Part shown: positions 31,166 to 40,287 of the stretch, piece by piece
How the letters are laid out: every line of letters starts with the position of its first letter
Numbering within the stretch: the first letter of the stretch is position 1
From: Candidatus Bathyarchaeota archaeon
GTDB taxonomy: Archaea > Thermoproteota > DRAE01
Direction of reading: 5' to 3'
Assembly: GCA_011041895.1 (NCBI GenBank)
Contig: DRAE01000043.1
Span: forward strand, 1-41,072
DNA: 41,072 nt
Notes under the pieces: model-generated
The model's database searches: none
The model's input: only the letters and a program-made list of their open reading frames with translations
What the model was told of the DNA's origin: nothing
Position numbers and translations under genes: made by a program

Positions 31166-33241
31166 ATGAGAAGAATTTTAATTATCGCTGAGAAACCATC
31201 AGCTGCAAAGAAAATTGCATACGCCCTCTCGGACAAAGGAGTTAGAATTGTAAAAGTAGGAAAAACGCCAATTTATGCTACAACCTTTAAAGGGCAACAA
31301 ATATATGTGGCCTACGCTATGGGGCATCTTTATAACATTGTACAGAAAAGTGGTGGATGGATATTCCCCGTATACAACATAAAGTGGGAGAGAACTTCTC
31401 CAAAGGATAGGAGTTACAATGAAAGAATAAAGGAGACTATTCAAGCTATAGCAAAAATAGCTAGGGAAGTCGATGAAATAGTAGTCGCATGCGATTATGA
31501 CATAGAGGGAAGCTTAATAGGATACAATGTAGTTAAATATGCTTGCGGTGAAAAATACTTTAAGAAAAGCAGCCGGATGATATTTTCAACGCTAACGAGA
31601 AACGAGTTGCGAAAAGCCTTCGATAGAAGATTAAAGACTTTAGATTGGCCCGTTATTGAAGCTGGTAAAATGAGACATGAGATCGATTGGATCTTTGGAA
31701 TAAACCTTTCACGTGCACTAACCCTATCTCTTAGAAGAGTAGGTGATCGAGAGAGGATACTTAGCATTGGCAGAGTGCAGGGCCCTACGCTTAAACTCCT
31801 AGCAGAGAGAGAAATCGATATAAACACTCATGTTCCACTGCCCTATTGGAAAGCGAGAGCCATAGTGGAGATAAATGGTGTAAAATATGTTGCCGAATAT
31901 GCTGGAGGAAACATCGAATCTGAGGAAAAGGCCTTAGAAATTAAAAAGATCAGAGATAAGTATGCTACTGTAAAGAAAATCGAGAGAAAAGTCACTAAGG
32001 AACGACCTCCACCACCATTTAATTTAGGAGAGTTACAGAGAGAAGCTTACAGAATCTATAGGATAAGCCCTGGAAAAACACTAGAAATCTCCGAAAAGCT
32101 GTATCTTCAAGCTCTTATATCATATCCTCGAACCGGAAGCGAACAAATACCCGACAGTATAGACGTTAAGGGAATAATAGAAAAACTGGGTGAAATGAGA
32201 GAATACAGAGACCTTGTTCAGAAAATATTTGAACACAGTAAAAGGCCTAAACCTGTAAAGGGGAAAGGTACAGACCCTGCGCATCCGGCGATACATCCTA
32301 CTGGAGAAAAAGTAAATATAAAACTGTCGGGAAATGACAGAAAGATTTACGATCTTATCGTGAGAAGATTTCTGGCAAGTTGTTATAGGAGTATGACCAA
32401 AAGTGAGACGAGAGCATTATTGGACATAGAAGGGCATTTATTCGTATTGAAGGGGGTAGAAATCATTGATCATGGATGGCTCAAAATCTATCCCTTTAAG
32501 AAAGTAACTGAAAAACCATTCCCACGGATAGTTGAGGGAATGAAACTCAAAGTTATAAGAGTAGAGGTAGAGGAGAAGTATACGAAGCCCAAGCCTAGAT
32601 ACAATGTAAGGTCGCTTCTTAAAAAAATGGAGAATCTTGGGCTTGGAACAAAAGCTACAAGGGCTGAAATCATTGAAATACTGTTCTCCAGAAGGTATCT
32701 GGAGAATCCAAACAATATAGAGGTAACGGATCTTGGAATGAAGGTATCTGAAATACTATCTAAGATTTGCCCTGAAATACTTTCAGTGGAGCTCACCAGA
32801 AATGTCGAGCAAATAATAGATGAACTTAAAAGTGAATACTTGACATCCGAGTATAGAAAAGTAATCGTAGCAAATACTGTACTTGGGCTTTACAGCGTTC
32901 TTAGTAAGATGAAGAAAAATGAAATAAACATTGGACAAAGTCTAGTTGGAAAGGATTTTAAGCCGCATGTAGAGGGAAAACCTATAGGTAGGTGCCCAGT
33001 ATGCGGGAATCAGCTTCTCATAGTGCGATCTAAAAAAACTAAGAAGAGATTCATAGTCTGCTATGGTAGAACTACTGGTGAATGCGACGTTACACAACCC
33101 TTACCCCAGAAGGGGCGAATACGACCACTACATGAAACATGTAAGTATTGTGGATATCCGCTTTTAGCATGCGTAAGTAAGGGAAAGGAGTGGGTATTTT
33201 GCACAAATATAAGGTGCCCAGGCAAGAGGAAAAATGTGTAA
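31166..33241 (+). CDS. topA: DNA topoisomerase type IA (archaeal TopA / Topo III-like) with C-terminal zinc ribbons
   Basis: About 691 aa. Toprim start MRRILIIAEKPS, DYDIEG, active-site region ISYPRTGS, and two C-terminal CxxC...CxxC ribbons. A TATA-like aaataaattta lies about 20 nt upstream. Confidence 0.9.
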   Translation: MRRILIIAEKPSAAKKIAYALSDKGVRIVKVGKTPIYATTFKGQQIYVAYAMGHLYNIVQKSGGWIFPVYNIKWERTSPKDRSYNERIKETIQAIAKIAREVDEIVVACDYDIEGSLIGYNVVKYACGEKYFKKSSRMIFSTLTRNELRKAFDRRLKTLDWPVIEAGKMRHEIDWIFGINLSRALTLSLRRVGDRERILSIGRVQGPTLKLLAEREIDINTHVPLPYWKARAIVEINGVKYVAEYAGGNIESEEKALEIKKIRDKYATVKKIERKVTKERPPPPFNLGELQREAYRIYRISPGKTLEISEKLYLQALISYPRTGSEQIPDSIDVKGIIEKLGEMREYRDLVQKIFEHSKRPKPVKGKGTDPAHPAIHPTGEKVNIKLSGNDRKIYDLIVRRFLASCYRSMTKSETRALLDIEGHLFVLKGVEIIDHGWLKIYPFKKVTEKPFPRIVEGMKLKVIRVEVEEKYTKPKPRYNVRSLLKKMENLGLGTKATRAEIIEILFSRRYLENPNNIEVTDLGMKVSEILSKICPEILSVELTRNVEQIIDELKSEYLTSEYRKVIVANTVLGLYSVLSKMKKNEINIGQSLVGKDFKPHVEGKPIGRCPVCGNQLLIVRSKKTKKRFIVCYGRTTGECDVTQPLPQKGRIRPLHETCKYCGYPLLACVSKGKEWVFCTNIRCPGKRKNV

Positions 33242-33459
33242 TTTGTGATAGACTAAGAGAAAGTGAAAGCCTATACTGTAAATATCATAGGTTAGCATAT
33301 GAGAGACTGAAGAGTGGATATAATGAATGGAGAAAAAGAAAGAAAAACATTACTTGGAGTAAATATTTGGATGTAGTCTATAATAACAAATACACAGGTA
33401 AGTGGATAAAAGAGGTAATAGAGGGCATCCGGAGAGGGAAGCATGAAGGAAAAACTTAA
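33190..33459 (+). CDS. Small Cys/His-rich basic protein, uncharacterised (start uncertain: 33190, 33199 or 33214)
   Basis: Contains CVIC-x10-CKYH (a CCCH-type zinc knuckle) followed by a basic helical region. The 5' end overlaps the topA 3' end and the 3' end overlaps the next gene by 17 nt. Confidence 0.45.
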   Translation: MGILHKYKVPRQEEKCVICDRLRESESLYCKYHRLAYERLKSGYNEWRKRKKNITWSKYLDVVYNNKYTGKWIKEVIEGIRRGKHEGKT

Positions 33460-33871
33460 GAAACTGAAAAGAAAAATTAATTTTCTCTCATACAAGCTGG
33501 ATAGAAAGCTGTACTCGTTCGAGAGAAAAATTGCAAGGATGAAGGTCCCCGACTACATTTATGTTATGCTGATAGCAGCAGTGTACGTCTTCATGCTAAG
33601 CGGTGGAGTGTATGTGCTGATGGAAGAACCTCTATTTTACCATATAGTTTATCCAATATACCCTAGCGTATGGGGCCAAACAGTCGCTGAAACCATACTT
33701 ATAATGTTTACATGCATTATGGGAATATCTGGATTATATATGTACCATATAGGCTCCAAAAACATATACAACAGAGATTATGCACTTAAGATGTTTGTAC
33801 TAGGCACAATATTCATTTTCACAGCTATAGCAATACTGATGTATGCAATTAGTGTAAAAATAGCAATGTAG
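33443..33871 (+). CDS. Small three-TM membrane protein, possible OSTC/Ost3-Ost6-family (oligosaccharyltransferase accessory subunit-like)
   Basis: 142 aa. Basic N-terminus followed by three TM helices. The motifs SGGVYVLMEEP, GQTVAETIL and MGISG line up by eye with the human OSTC segments TGGIIYDVIVEPP, GQYIMEGL and MGGLG. The OSTC sequence was recalled from memory. Confidence 0.45.
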   Translation: MKEKLKKLKRKINFLSYKLDRKLYSFERKIARMKVPDYIYVMLIAAVYVFMLSGGVYVLMEEPLFYHIVYPIYPSVWGQTVAETILIMFTCIMGISGLYMYHIGSKNIYNRDYALKMFVLGTIFIFTAIAILMYAISVKIAM

Positions 33872-35576
33872 AAAGGAGAAGAGCCAATACAACTTGCATG
33901 ATAAATGATAATTTTAGTCTCTTTAACGACTCAACTAGGAAAAATTCAAGTTTATCAAAGCATCCTTCCATTGTTATAACTGGAAAGTAGATTCTGCACG
34001 CCGAAAATCTGAACGGTGAAAGATCTTCTATCGCCTTGTCAACGCAGTCAGTTATTTCCTTGAGTAGTTCCTCGTATGATATTTTGATGCCAACTGGAAC
34101 ATATTTATAAGCAGGATTTCTACCGTCGAGAATGTGTGTATCCGTGGTAATAATCTTGAACTCAAAACCGTATCTGCGTTTTAGATCTTTTGAAAGGTTG
34201 ACTTTATAATCCCTCAGAATATTATTCCCATCTATTACTACCATGCCAAATTGTTTTCCATCGATATCTAGGACAAAACTCCTAATACCTCCGGGACCAA
34301 GCCCCTTCTCATAATGTGTAGGAATATTTAACTTGGCAAAGCCTATTTTACATTTCTCAGATAACTTGATAGAGCCTACACGTTTCCTATAGTTAGCAAG
34401 AACGTTCATAAGTGCATTGTATTCCTTTTCAGTAAACGTTTTAGAGAAGGGATATGGCTCCTCAAGAAGAGTTGTCGAGTTATGTGCGTCTACTACGGTA
34501 ACAGGTGAACCTATCTCTGCTTCAACAAGTTTTTGCACGGTGAAGGGCAAGTCCTCGTTTATATCCCTGTCAAGCTCCATTACACAGAGGATATGCCCAC
34601 CTAGGGATATGAAAAGGGAGTTCAGGCAATCACTTCTAAGCTCAGTAACCCCCATCGGCACTTTTCTAGATTTCTTTTCGCATATGAGAATAGCTCTTGC
34701 AAGTTCCATCCACAAATGTCGCCTAAATCCCGGTGAAACAACATTTTCATTATGTGTAGAAGGCCCCTTGGTCACTATACACTTTAAGTTGTTTGACTCA
34801 AGACGCTTTATGACGAAGCCTGGTATATCGCTTGAACCCACATTTCTGAATGGGCCGAAATGTATACAAAAATTTATCCAGGCAATGGCGTCTTTACCTC
34901 TCTTGAAATATAACAGGTCACAGAAAAGAACCTTAAGCTTCCCCATCGATGAAAATATCATGTTTAACGCAGAACGTTTCAGATGGATCCAATTGTCGAG
35001 AAAGGCATAGACAATATCTGTCCCGCGAAAAGGGGAAATCGCATACCCTAGTTTATCGATCGACAAGCACATCCATTTGAGCGCGAGCAAAGCTGAGAGA
35101 ACTGCAAAAACGAATGAAAGTGGTGCCACCTTTTCACATATAAGTATATATGCGGGAACGATGAAAACCATAGATTCCAAAATATAAAGTTTCGACCTAG
35201 CTATGAACTTGAAAACAAGCATAGATATGAATGTGGAAACAGTACATGCTACTGTGAAAATAAGAGATAAAGCCTCGATAAACATGGATAGAGCTAGAGA
35301 AATCGCTAATATAGCTAATGAGATTACAGAAAGTGTAAGAACTCTCTTAACATCTAATCCGTTATCGCTCAAAAACTTTCCGAATACAAAACTTAACAGT
35401 AAGTATAGACATGATACAACAGCTGACAGAAAAAGCCAATCATGTATTGGCGATAAGTGTTTTAAGCTTGCAACATATGAGGATGTAAAGGAGAAAAAAA
35501 GGAGACAGAGAATAGATAGAGACGGTTTGATAGAGCGAGGTATGCTTTTATAGTACGATACAAAAGCCTTGACCAT
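33849..35576 (-). CDS. DUF2070-like archaeal membrane protein (N-terminal polytopic domain plus soluble domain plus C-terminal TM)
   Basis: 575 aa. About six N-terminal TM helices, a roughly 350-aa soluble region, and a C-terminal hydrophobic helix. Family assignment is from memory of architecture and size. Confidence 0.55.
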   Translation of the reverse strand: MVKAFVSYYKSIPRSIKPSLSILCLLFFSFTSSYVASLKHLSPIHDWLFLSAVVSCLYLLLSFVFGKFLSDNGLDVKRVLTLSVISLAILAISLALSMFIEALSLIFTVACTVSTFISMLVFKFIARSKLYILESMVFIVPAYILICEKVAPLSFVFAVLSALLALKWMCLSIDKLGYAISPFRGTDIVYAFLDNWIHLKRSALNMIFSSMGKLKVLFCDLLYFKRGKDAIAWINFCIHFGPFRNVGSSDIPGFVIKRLESNNLKCIVTKGPSTHNENVVSPGFRRHLWMELARAILICEKKSRKVPMGVTELRSDCLNSLFISLGGHILCVMELDRDINEDLPFTVQKLVEAEIGSPVTVVDAHNSTTLLEEPYPFSKTFTEKEYNALMNVLANYRKRVGSIKLSEKCKIGFAKLNIPTHYEKGLGPGGIRSFVLDIDGKQFGMVVIDGNNILRDYKVNLSKDLKRRYGFEFKIITTDTHILDGRNPAYKYVPVGIKISYEELLKEITDCVDKAIEDLSPFRFSACRIYFPVITMEGCFDKLEFFLVESLKRLKLSFIMQVVLALLLSTLLFLH

Positions 35577-35578
35577 TT

Positions 35579-35767
35579 CTATGGTGTAATTGTTTTAGGC
35601 CCAAAAACGTTAGCAAGAATCACGATAGTCATCAGTATTACAGTTAGAGCTACGACAAAATATGGTGAAATCTTGAATCCGTAACTTTCTTCCTCGTAGA
35701 ATCTTAGTAGGCCTGCGCTGGATGCAGGCCCCTTTGCTCTTCTCTCCCTACGTTCTCGGCGAGACAT
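35579..35767 (-). CDS. secG: Preprotein translocase subunit Sec61 beta
   Basis: 62 aa. Basic N-terminus, SSAGLLRFYEEE motif, and a single C-terminal TM. Confidence 0.85.
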   Translation of the reverse strand: MSRRERRERRAKGPASSAGLLRFYEEESYGFKISPYFVVALTVILMTIVILANVFGPKTITP

Positions 35768-35795
35768 TTCAAAAAATAAAAAGTGAGAAAAATAT

Positions 35796-36761
35796 TTAGG
35801 TTATACCGCAAAGTTCAAGTAACTGGTTCCATTCTTTATCTACGTCTTCCTGTATCCTTGCGATTAAATCTTCTCTTTTCTCTGGCTTAAATAGGTGAGC
35901 AAATCGCCCCTGCAATTTGAGATATTCCTCGATAGGTTTCTTTAGCTTCGGGTTTTTAGCTATCGCGAGACTTGGCGGTGAGAGTTTGTATTCTCTAGTT
36001 TCAGGATCATATTCCCATAATGGAAATGCACAGGTTTCAACAGCGAGTTTAGCAACCCTTATAGTCATGTTCGGCGGGAATCTCCATCCTCTGCAGCATG
36101 GGCTTATCGCATGTATGAAAGCTGGGCCCTTGTATTCTATTCCCTTGCGCGCCTTCTCCATTAAGTCACGCCAATAAGCAGGTGACGCTGTCGCAACATA
36201 TGCATTTCCATGAGCAGCTATTATGTTGGCAATTGGTTTTCTAGCCTCTAGCTTCCCTGGTATGACTTTTCCAACTTGACTAGTTGTCGTCCAAGCGTAA
36301 CGTGGAGTAGCACCTGATCTCTGGATACCAGTGTTCATGTAGGCATTGTTATCATAAAGGACATAGAGGAAATTGTGACCCCTCTCTATAGCGCCACTTA
36401 GGGACTGGAGACCAATATCCACGGTGCCTCCGTCGCCACCAAAGACTATAATGTCTGGAACCTTTTTAACTACTCCCTTGTCTTTGAGAGCCTTAAACGC
36501 TAGCTCCACACCACTAGCTGTCGCGGCAGCGTTCTCGAATGCATTGTGAATCCATGGAACCGCCCATGCAGTATATGGGAATATGGTGCCAGCGACCTCC
36601 CAACAGCCGGTTGCATGAACGACTACTACATGTTTTGGGTCAGGAACGCTATGCATAACTAGTCTACCTATGATCCCAGCTGCACAGCCAGCGCATAGTC
36701 TGTGGCCTGATGTGAATAAACTTCTTTTTTTAGCTAGCTCACGCAAATTTATCCAACTCAT
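35796..36761 (-). CDS. porB: 2-oxoacid:ferredoxin oxidoreductase beta subunit (pyruvate/ketoisovalerate type)
   Basis: 321 aa. Motifs CAGC, the TPP-binding GGDG..DIG, and NN.YMNTG.Q. Confidence 0.9.
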   Translation of the reverse strand: MSWINLRELAKKRSLFTSGHRLCAGCAAGIIGRLVMHSVPDPKHVVVVHATGCWEVAGTIFPYTAWAVPWIHNAFENAAATASGVELAFKALKDKGVVKKVPDIIVFGGDGGTVDIGLQSLSGAIERGHNFLYVLYDNNAYMNTGIQRSGATPRYAWTTTSQVGKVIPGKLEARKPIANIIAAHGNAYVATASPAYWRDLMEKARKGIEYKGPAFIHAISPCCRGWRFPPNMTIRVAKLAVETCAFPLWEYDPETREYKLSPPSLAIAKNPKLKKPIEEYLKLQGRFAHLFKPEKREDLIARIQEDVDKEWNQLLELCGIT

Positions 36762-37975
36762 TCTCTCACCCCTACAAACTCAATCTTCCTCTTTGGTTTT
36801 CCAGATTTTACAGTTTCAACTAAGTCATCGTAGATGGATTTCAGCATTTCCATGGTCATGTCTCTTCCACCAAGGCCATAGATGTAACCATTGATGAATG
36901 GATGTACATCGGAGTCGTAGAGGGCGGATCTAACCTCATTGTACACGGGGCCTCCCATTGCTCCGAAGGCACCGCTTCTGTCAAGCACAGCCACCCCTTT
37001 GACTCCCTCAAGCGCCTTTGGAAGTTCCTCATATGGGAATGGTCTAAATGTTCTAATTCGTACAAGCCCTAATTTATCATCTCCCTTGCTGATTAGCTTG
37101 TCGATCAATGACTTGACTGTTCCCGCTGTTGAGCTTAGGCATATGAATGCATACTCGGCTGAATCCATGTTATATGTCTCTATGAACCCATTTCCATAGC
37201 TCCTTCCACTAATCTTAGCGTACTCATCATGAACCTTCCTTATAACCTCGCGCGACTTTTCCATTGCATCCTCCTGTTGACGCTTATGCTCAAAATAGTA
37301 ATCCCATAAGTCTAAAGGCCCAAATGTCAAGGGAACCTCATTTTCAGGATTTAGTGTTAGTGGAACTTTCTTGCCGAATACCTCGATTTCAGCTGGAATC
37401 CTGTGCTTGACAAAGTTACTTACTTTTTCATCCTCTAAAACGTCCACGTTTTGAGTTGTGTGGCTGATTAGGAAGCCGTCAAGCATTACCATTACTGGAA
37501 GAAGAACCTTATGGTTTTCGCCTATTCTGAAAGCTTGTATCACGGTGTCATATGCTTCCTGTGCGTCTTCACAATATATCTGAATCCAGCATGCGTCTCT
37601 CTCAGCCATGCTGTCTCCGTGATCTGTGTGTATATTTATCGGGCCGCTTAGCGCTCTGTTGACGATGGCCATGACAACTGGCAGACGAAGGGAAGATACA
37701 ATATATAGTATCTCGTGCATCAGGGCTAGTCCATTTGCTGACGTGGCTGTGAACGTTCTAGCTCCTGCTGCTGACGCTCCAACGATCATAGAAATTGCCG
37801 AATGCTCCGATTCTGCGCAAGCATAGTATGCCTTGAGCTCTCCGTTTGCAACATACTCGGATAGTTTCTCCACTATTATGGTTTGGGGAGTTATTGGGAA
37901 CGCCGCTATAACGTCGACATTTGACTGTTTAACGGCATATGCAACAGCTTCATCACCATTTAGAGCTAGCATCAT
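36758..37975 (-). CDS. porA: 2-oxoacid:ferredoxin oxidoreductase alpha subunit
   Basis: 405 aa. Motifs AAFPITPQT and SEHSA...GAS.AGAR.FTATS. ATGA overlap with porB. Confidence 0.9.
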   Translation of the reverse strand: MMLALNGDEAVAYAVKQSNVDVIAAFPITPQTIIVEKLSEYVANGELKAYYACAESEHSAISMIVGASAAGARTFTATSANGLALMHEILYIVSSLRLPVVMAIVNRALSGPINIHTDHGDSMAERDACWIQIYCEDAQEAYDTVIQAFRIGENHKVLLPVMVMLDGFLISHTTQNVDVLEDEKVSNFVKHRIPAEIEVFGKKVPLTLNPENEVPLTFGPLDLWDYYFEHKRQQEDAMEKSREVIRKVHDEYAKISGRSYGNGFIETYNMDSAEYAFICLSSTAGTVKSLIDKLISKGDDKLGLVRIRTFRPFPYEELPKALEGVKGVAVLDRSGAFGAMGGPVYNEVRSALYDSDVHPFINGYIYGLGGRDMTMEMLKSIYDDLVETVKSGKPKRKIEFVGVRE

Positions 37976-37981
37976 CTTCCT

Positions 37982-38263
37982 TCACTCCTCCTTAACCATC
38001 GTTATAGCTTTAACAGGGCACATCTCTGCACAGATTCCACATCCCTTACAATAGCGGTAGTCCACTTGTACGGTGTTGCCATCCCAGACAATGCTGTCAT
38101 CTGGGCAGAAGATCCAGCATGTTAAGCATTTAGTGCACTTACTTTGATCAATCACCGGCTTAAATGTTCTCCAGTCCCCAGTATGATATTCCGTTGCCTT
38201 CTTGAATGGAACCCCAGCTATCGGAATCTGCTTCCAACCGGGCTTGGCAAGATCTTCACTCAA
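37982..38263 (-). CDS. porD: 2-oxoacid:ferredoxin oxidoreductase delta subunit (2x[4Fe-4S] ferredoxin)
   Basis: Cys clusters CTKCLTCWIFCP and CKGCGICAEMCP. I prefer TTG 38263 (MSEDLAKPGWK) over the ORF-track ATG 38302, which would overlap porG by 47 nt. Confidence 0.85.
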   Translation of the reverse strand: MSEDLAKPGWKQIPIAGVPFKKATEYHTGDWRTFKPVIDQSKCTKCLTCWIFCPDDSIVWDGNTVQVDYRYCKGCGICAEMCPVKAITMVKEE

Positions 38264-38822
38264 CTTTCTTAACCTCCTTGTAAGCTTCTTTAATAAGCTC
38301 AATGTTCTTTCTAGCTATCTCCTCTGAAAATCTCTCGAGGAAGATCTCTCTCGTCGTCTCAAGCATTGTTTTCAATGGTATTACTTCTCTGGCCTTCAGC
38401 AGTGCACCCAACATAGCAGTATTTGTGATACCTCTGCCTAGAATTTTAACCGCTAGGCTTGTGGCATCTAGGAACCATATGTCGTGTGGACCCTTCATCT
38501 TGTCAATGTATTGTTCAAGATACTTCTCGGGTATGTTTAGAACTAGTGCTCCATTCTCCTTTAACCCGCTTGTGACGGGGACACTCTTTAGTAGGGTATG
38601 GTCTAAAACTACTACGATATCTGGGTTATAGATTCCACAGTGTATCCTGATGGGTTCCTTAGATATTCTGGCATATGCTCTTATGGGAGCCCCTTCTCTT
38701 TCAGGACCGAACTCTGGAAAGCTTTGGACATACATGCCTTCCCTGATGGCGGCCCTTGCAAGTATCTGTACGGCAGTCCAAGCTCCTTGGCCACCTCTAC
38801 CATGAAAACGTATTTCTATCAA
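38256..38822 (-). CDS. porG: 2-oxoacid:ferredoxin oxidoreductase gamma subunit
   Basis: 188 aa. MIEIRFHGRGGQGA and F.EFGPEREGAP match the gamma subunit family. Confidence 0.9.
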   Translation of the reverse strand: MIEIRFHGRGGQGAWTAVQILARAAIREGMYVQSFPEFGPEREGAPIRAYARISKEPIRIHCGIYNPDIVVVLDHTLLKSVPVTSGLKENGALVLNIPEKYLEQYIDKMKGPHDIWFLDATSLAVKILGRGITNTAMLGALLKAREVIPLKTMLETTREIFLERFSEEIARKNIELIKEAYKEVKKVE

Positions 38823-38894
38823 CTTTAGTCACCTATTCTTACAGTTAAATACAATAGGTTAACAGTTGATTTATATTTAGCGGAGGGAGTGAAT

Positions 38895-40199
38895 GTGAGC
38901 GAAGAATATAAAAGAGCGATTGAACTTATGAAGAAACATCATGAGTGGATGCATCAAACGATAAATTTGATAGCAAGCGAGAACGTCTCATCACCTGCAG
39001 TAAGGATGGCCATGACATGTGACTTTGGACACCGATACGCTGAAGGATGGCCCGGTGAACGAGTCTATGCAGGATGCATATACATCGATGAAATGGAGCT
39101 TTTAGCTATTGACTTGATGAAAGAAATCTTTAAGGCAGAGTTCGCGGATGTGAGGCCTATATCAGGAGTGGTAGCTAATCTTGCAATTTATACAGCGTTT
39201 ACCAAACCCGGAGACAGAATGATGGCATTATCAATACCATGTGGTGGCCATATAAGTATGGGAAGAGGAAAAATAGGTGGAACTGCAGGGGCAGTCCATG
39301 GCTTAAGGGTAACATATTTCCCATACAATGAAAAAGAGCTAAACATAGACCCTGATGCAACAATAAAGAAAATTAGAAGAAGCTTTGAGAAAGGTAAAAA
39401 AATAAAGTTGTTAATGTTCGGGGGGAGCGTATTCCCATTTCCACATCCTGTGAAAGAGATTGCAGATGTAGCAAAGGAATATGATATAATTGTGAACTAT
39501 GATGCAGCACATGTTGCAGGGCTAATAGCAGGAGGGATTTTCCAAGATCCCTTGAGGGAAGGTGCAGATACCATGACTATGAGCACGCACAAGACTCTTC
39601 CAGGGCCGCAGCGTGGAGCTATAGTTGCCTATGAAAAATATGCTGAACCTATTAAGAGAGCAGTATTCCCAGGACTTGTAAGTAATCACCATCTGCATAG
39701 CATTGCAGCTCTTGTAATAGCGTTAGCTGAAATAAAGGCCTTTGGTGAAGACTATGCCCGAGCCATTGTGAAAAATGCAAAAGCATTAGCACAGGCACTT
39801 TATGAAAGGGGGTTAAATGTGCTAGGCGAGGAAAAAGGGTTCACAGAGTCCCATGTACTTCTTGTGGACATTACAAAATATGGCGATGGCGGTACTCTTG
39901 AAAAGAAGTTGGAGAGTGCTAACATAATAGTCAACAGAAACCTGCTTCCATGGGATATAAGAGAAGGAAGAAACTATATGCACCCAGGAGGAATCAGACT
40001 TGGAACAAGCGAAGTAACAAGACTTGGCATGGGACCGTCAGAAATGGAGGACATAGCTGAGTTCATAGCAAGGGTAGTCGTTAAAGGCGAGGATGTCGAT
40101 AAAGTTGCAAAGGATGTGGCTGAATTTAGGAAAGAGTATACGAAACTTCACTACTGCTTTGAGACAGTCGAAGACGCCTACAGGTACTTGGGACCGTAG
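38895..40199 (+). CDS. glyA: Serine hydroxymethyltransferase
   Basis: Motifs LIASEN, the PLP-lysine motif TMSTHKTLPGPQRG, and HVAGLIA. GTG 38895 lies 7 nt after GGAGGG; the ORF track starts at GTG 38889. Confidence 0.9.
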   Translation: MSEEYKRAIELMKKHHEWMHQTINLIASENVSSPAVRMAMTCDFGHRYAEGWPGERVYAGCIYIDEMELLAIDLMKEIFKAEFADVRPISGVVANLAIYTAFTKPGDRMMALSIPCGGHISMGRGKIGGTAGAVHGLRVTYFPYNEKELNIDPDATIKKIRRSFEKGKKIKLLMFGGSVFPFPHPVKEIADVAKEYDIIVNYDAAHVAGLIAGGIFQDPLREGADTMTMSTHKTLPGPQRGAIVAYEKYAEPIKRAVFPGLVSNHHLHSIAALVIALAEIKAFGEDYARAIVKNAKALAQALYERGLNVLGEEKGFTESHVLLVDITKYGDGGTLEKKLESANIIVNRNLLPWDIREGRNYMHPGGIRLGTSEVTRLGMGPSEMEDIAEFIARVVVKGEDVDKVAKDVAEFRKEYTKLHYCFETVEDAYRYLGP

Positions 40200-40287
40200 A
40201 AATAAAGATATAAAAGAAAAATGTAAGATATATAAGGAATTTCCCTAGAGACCCTTCTAAGTTTCTTATTTGTAAGGTGATGCAGAC

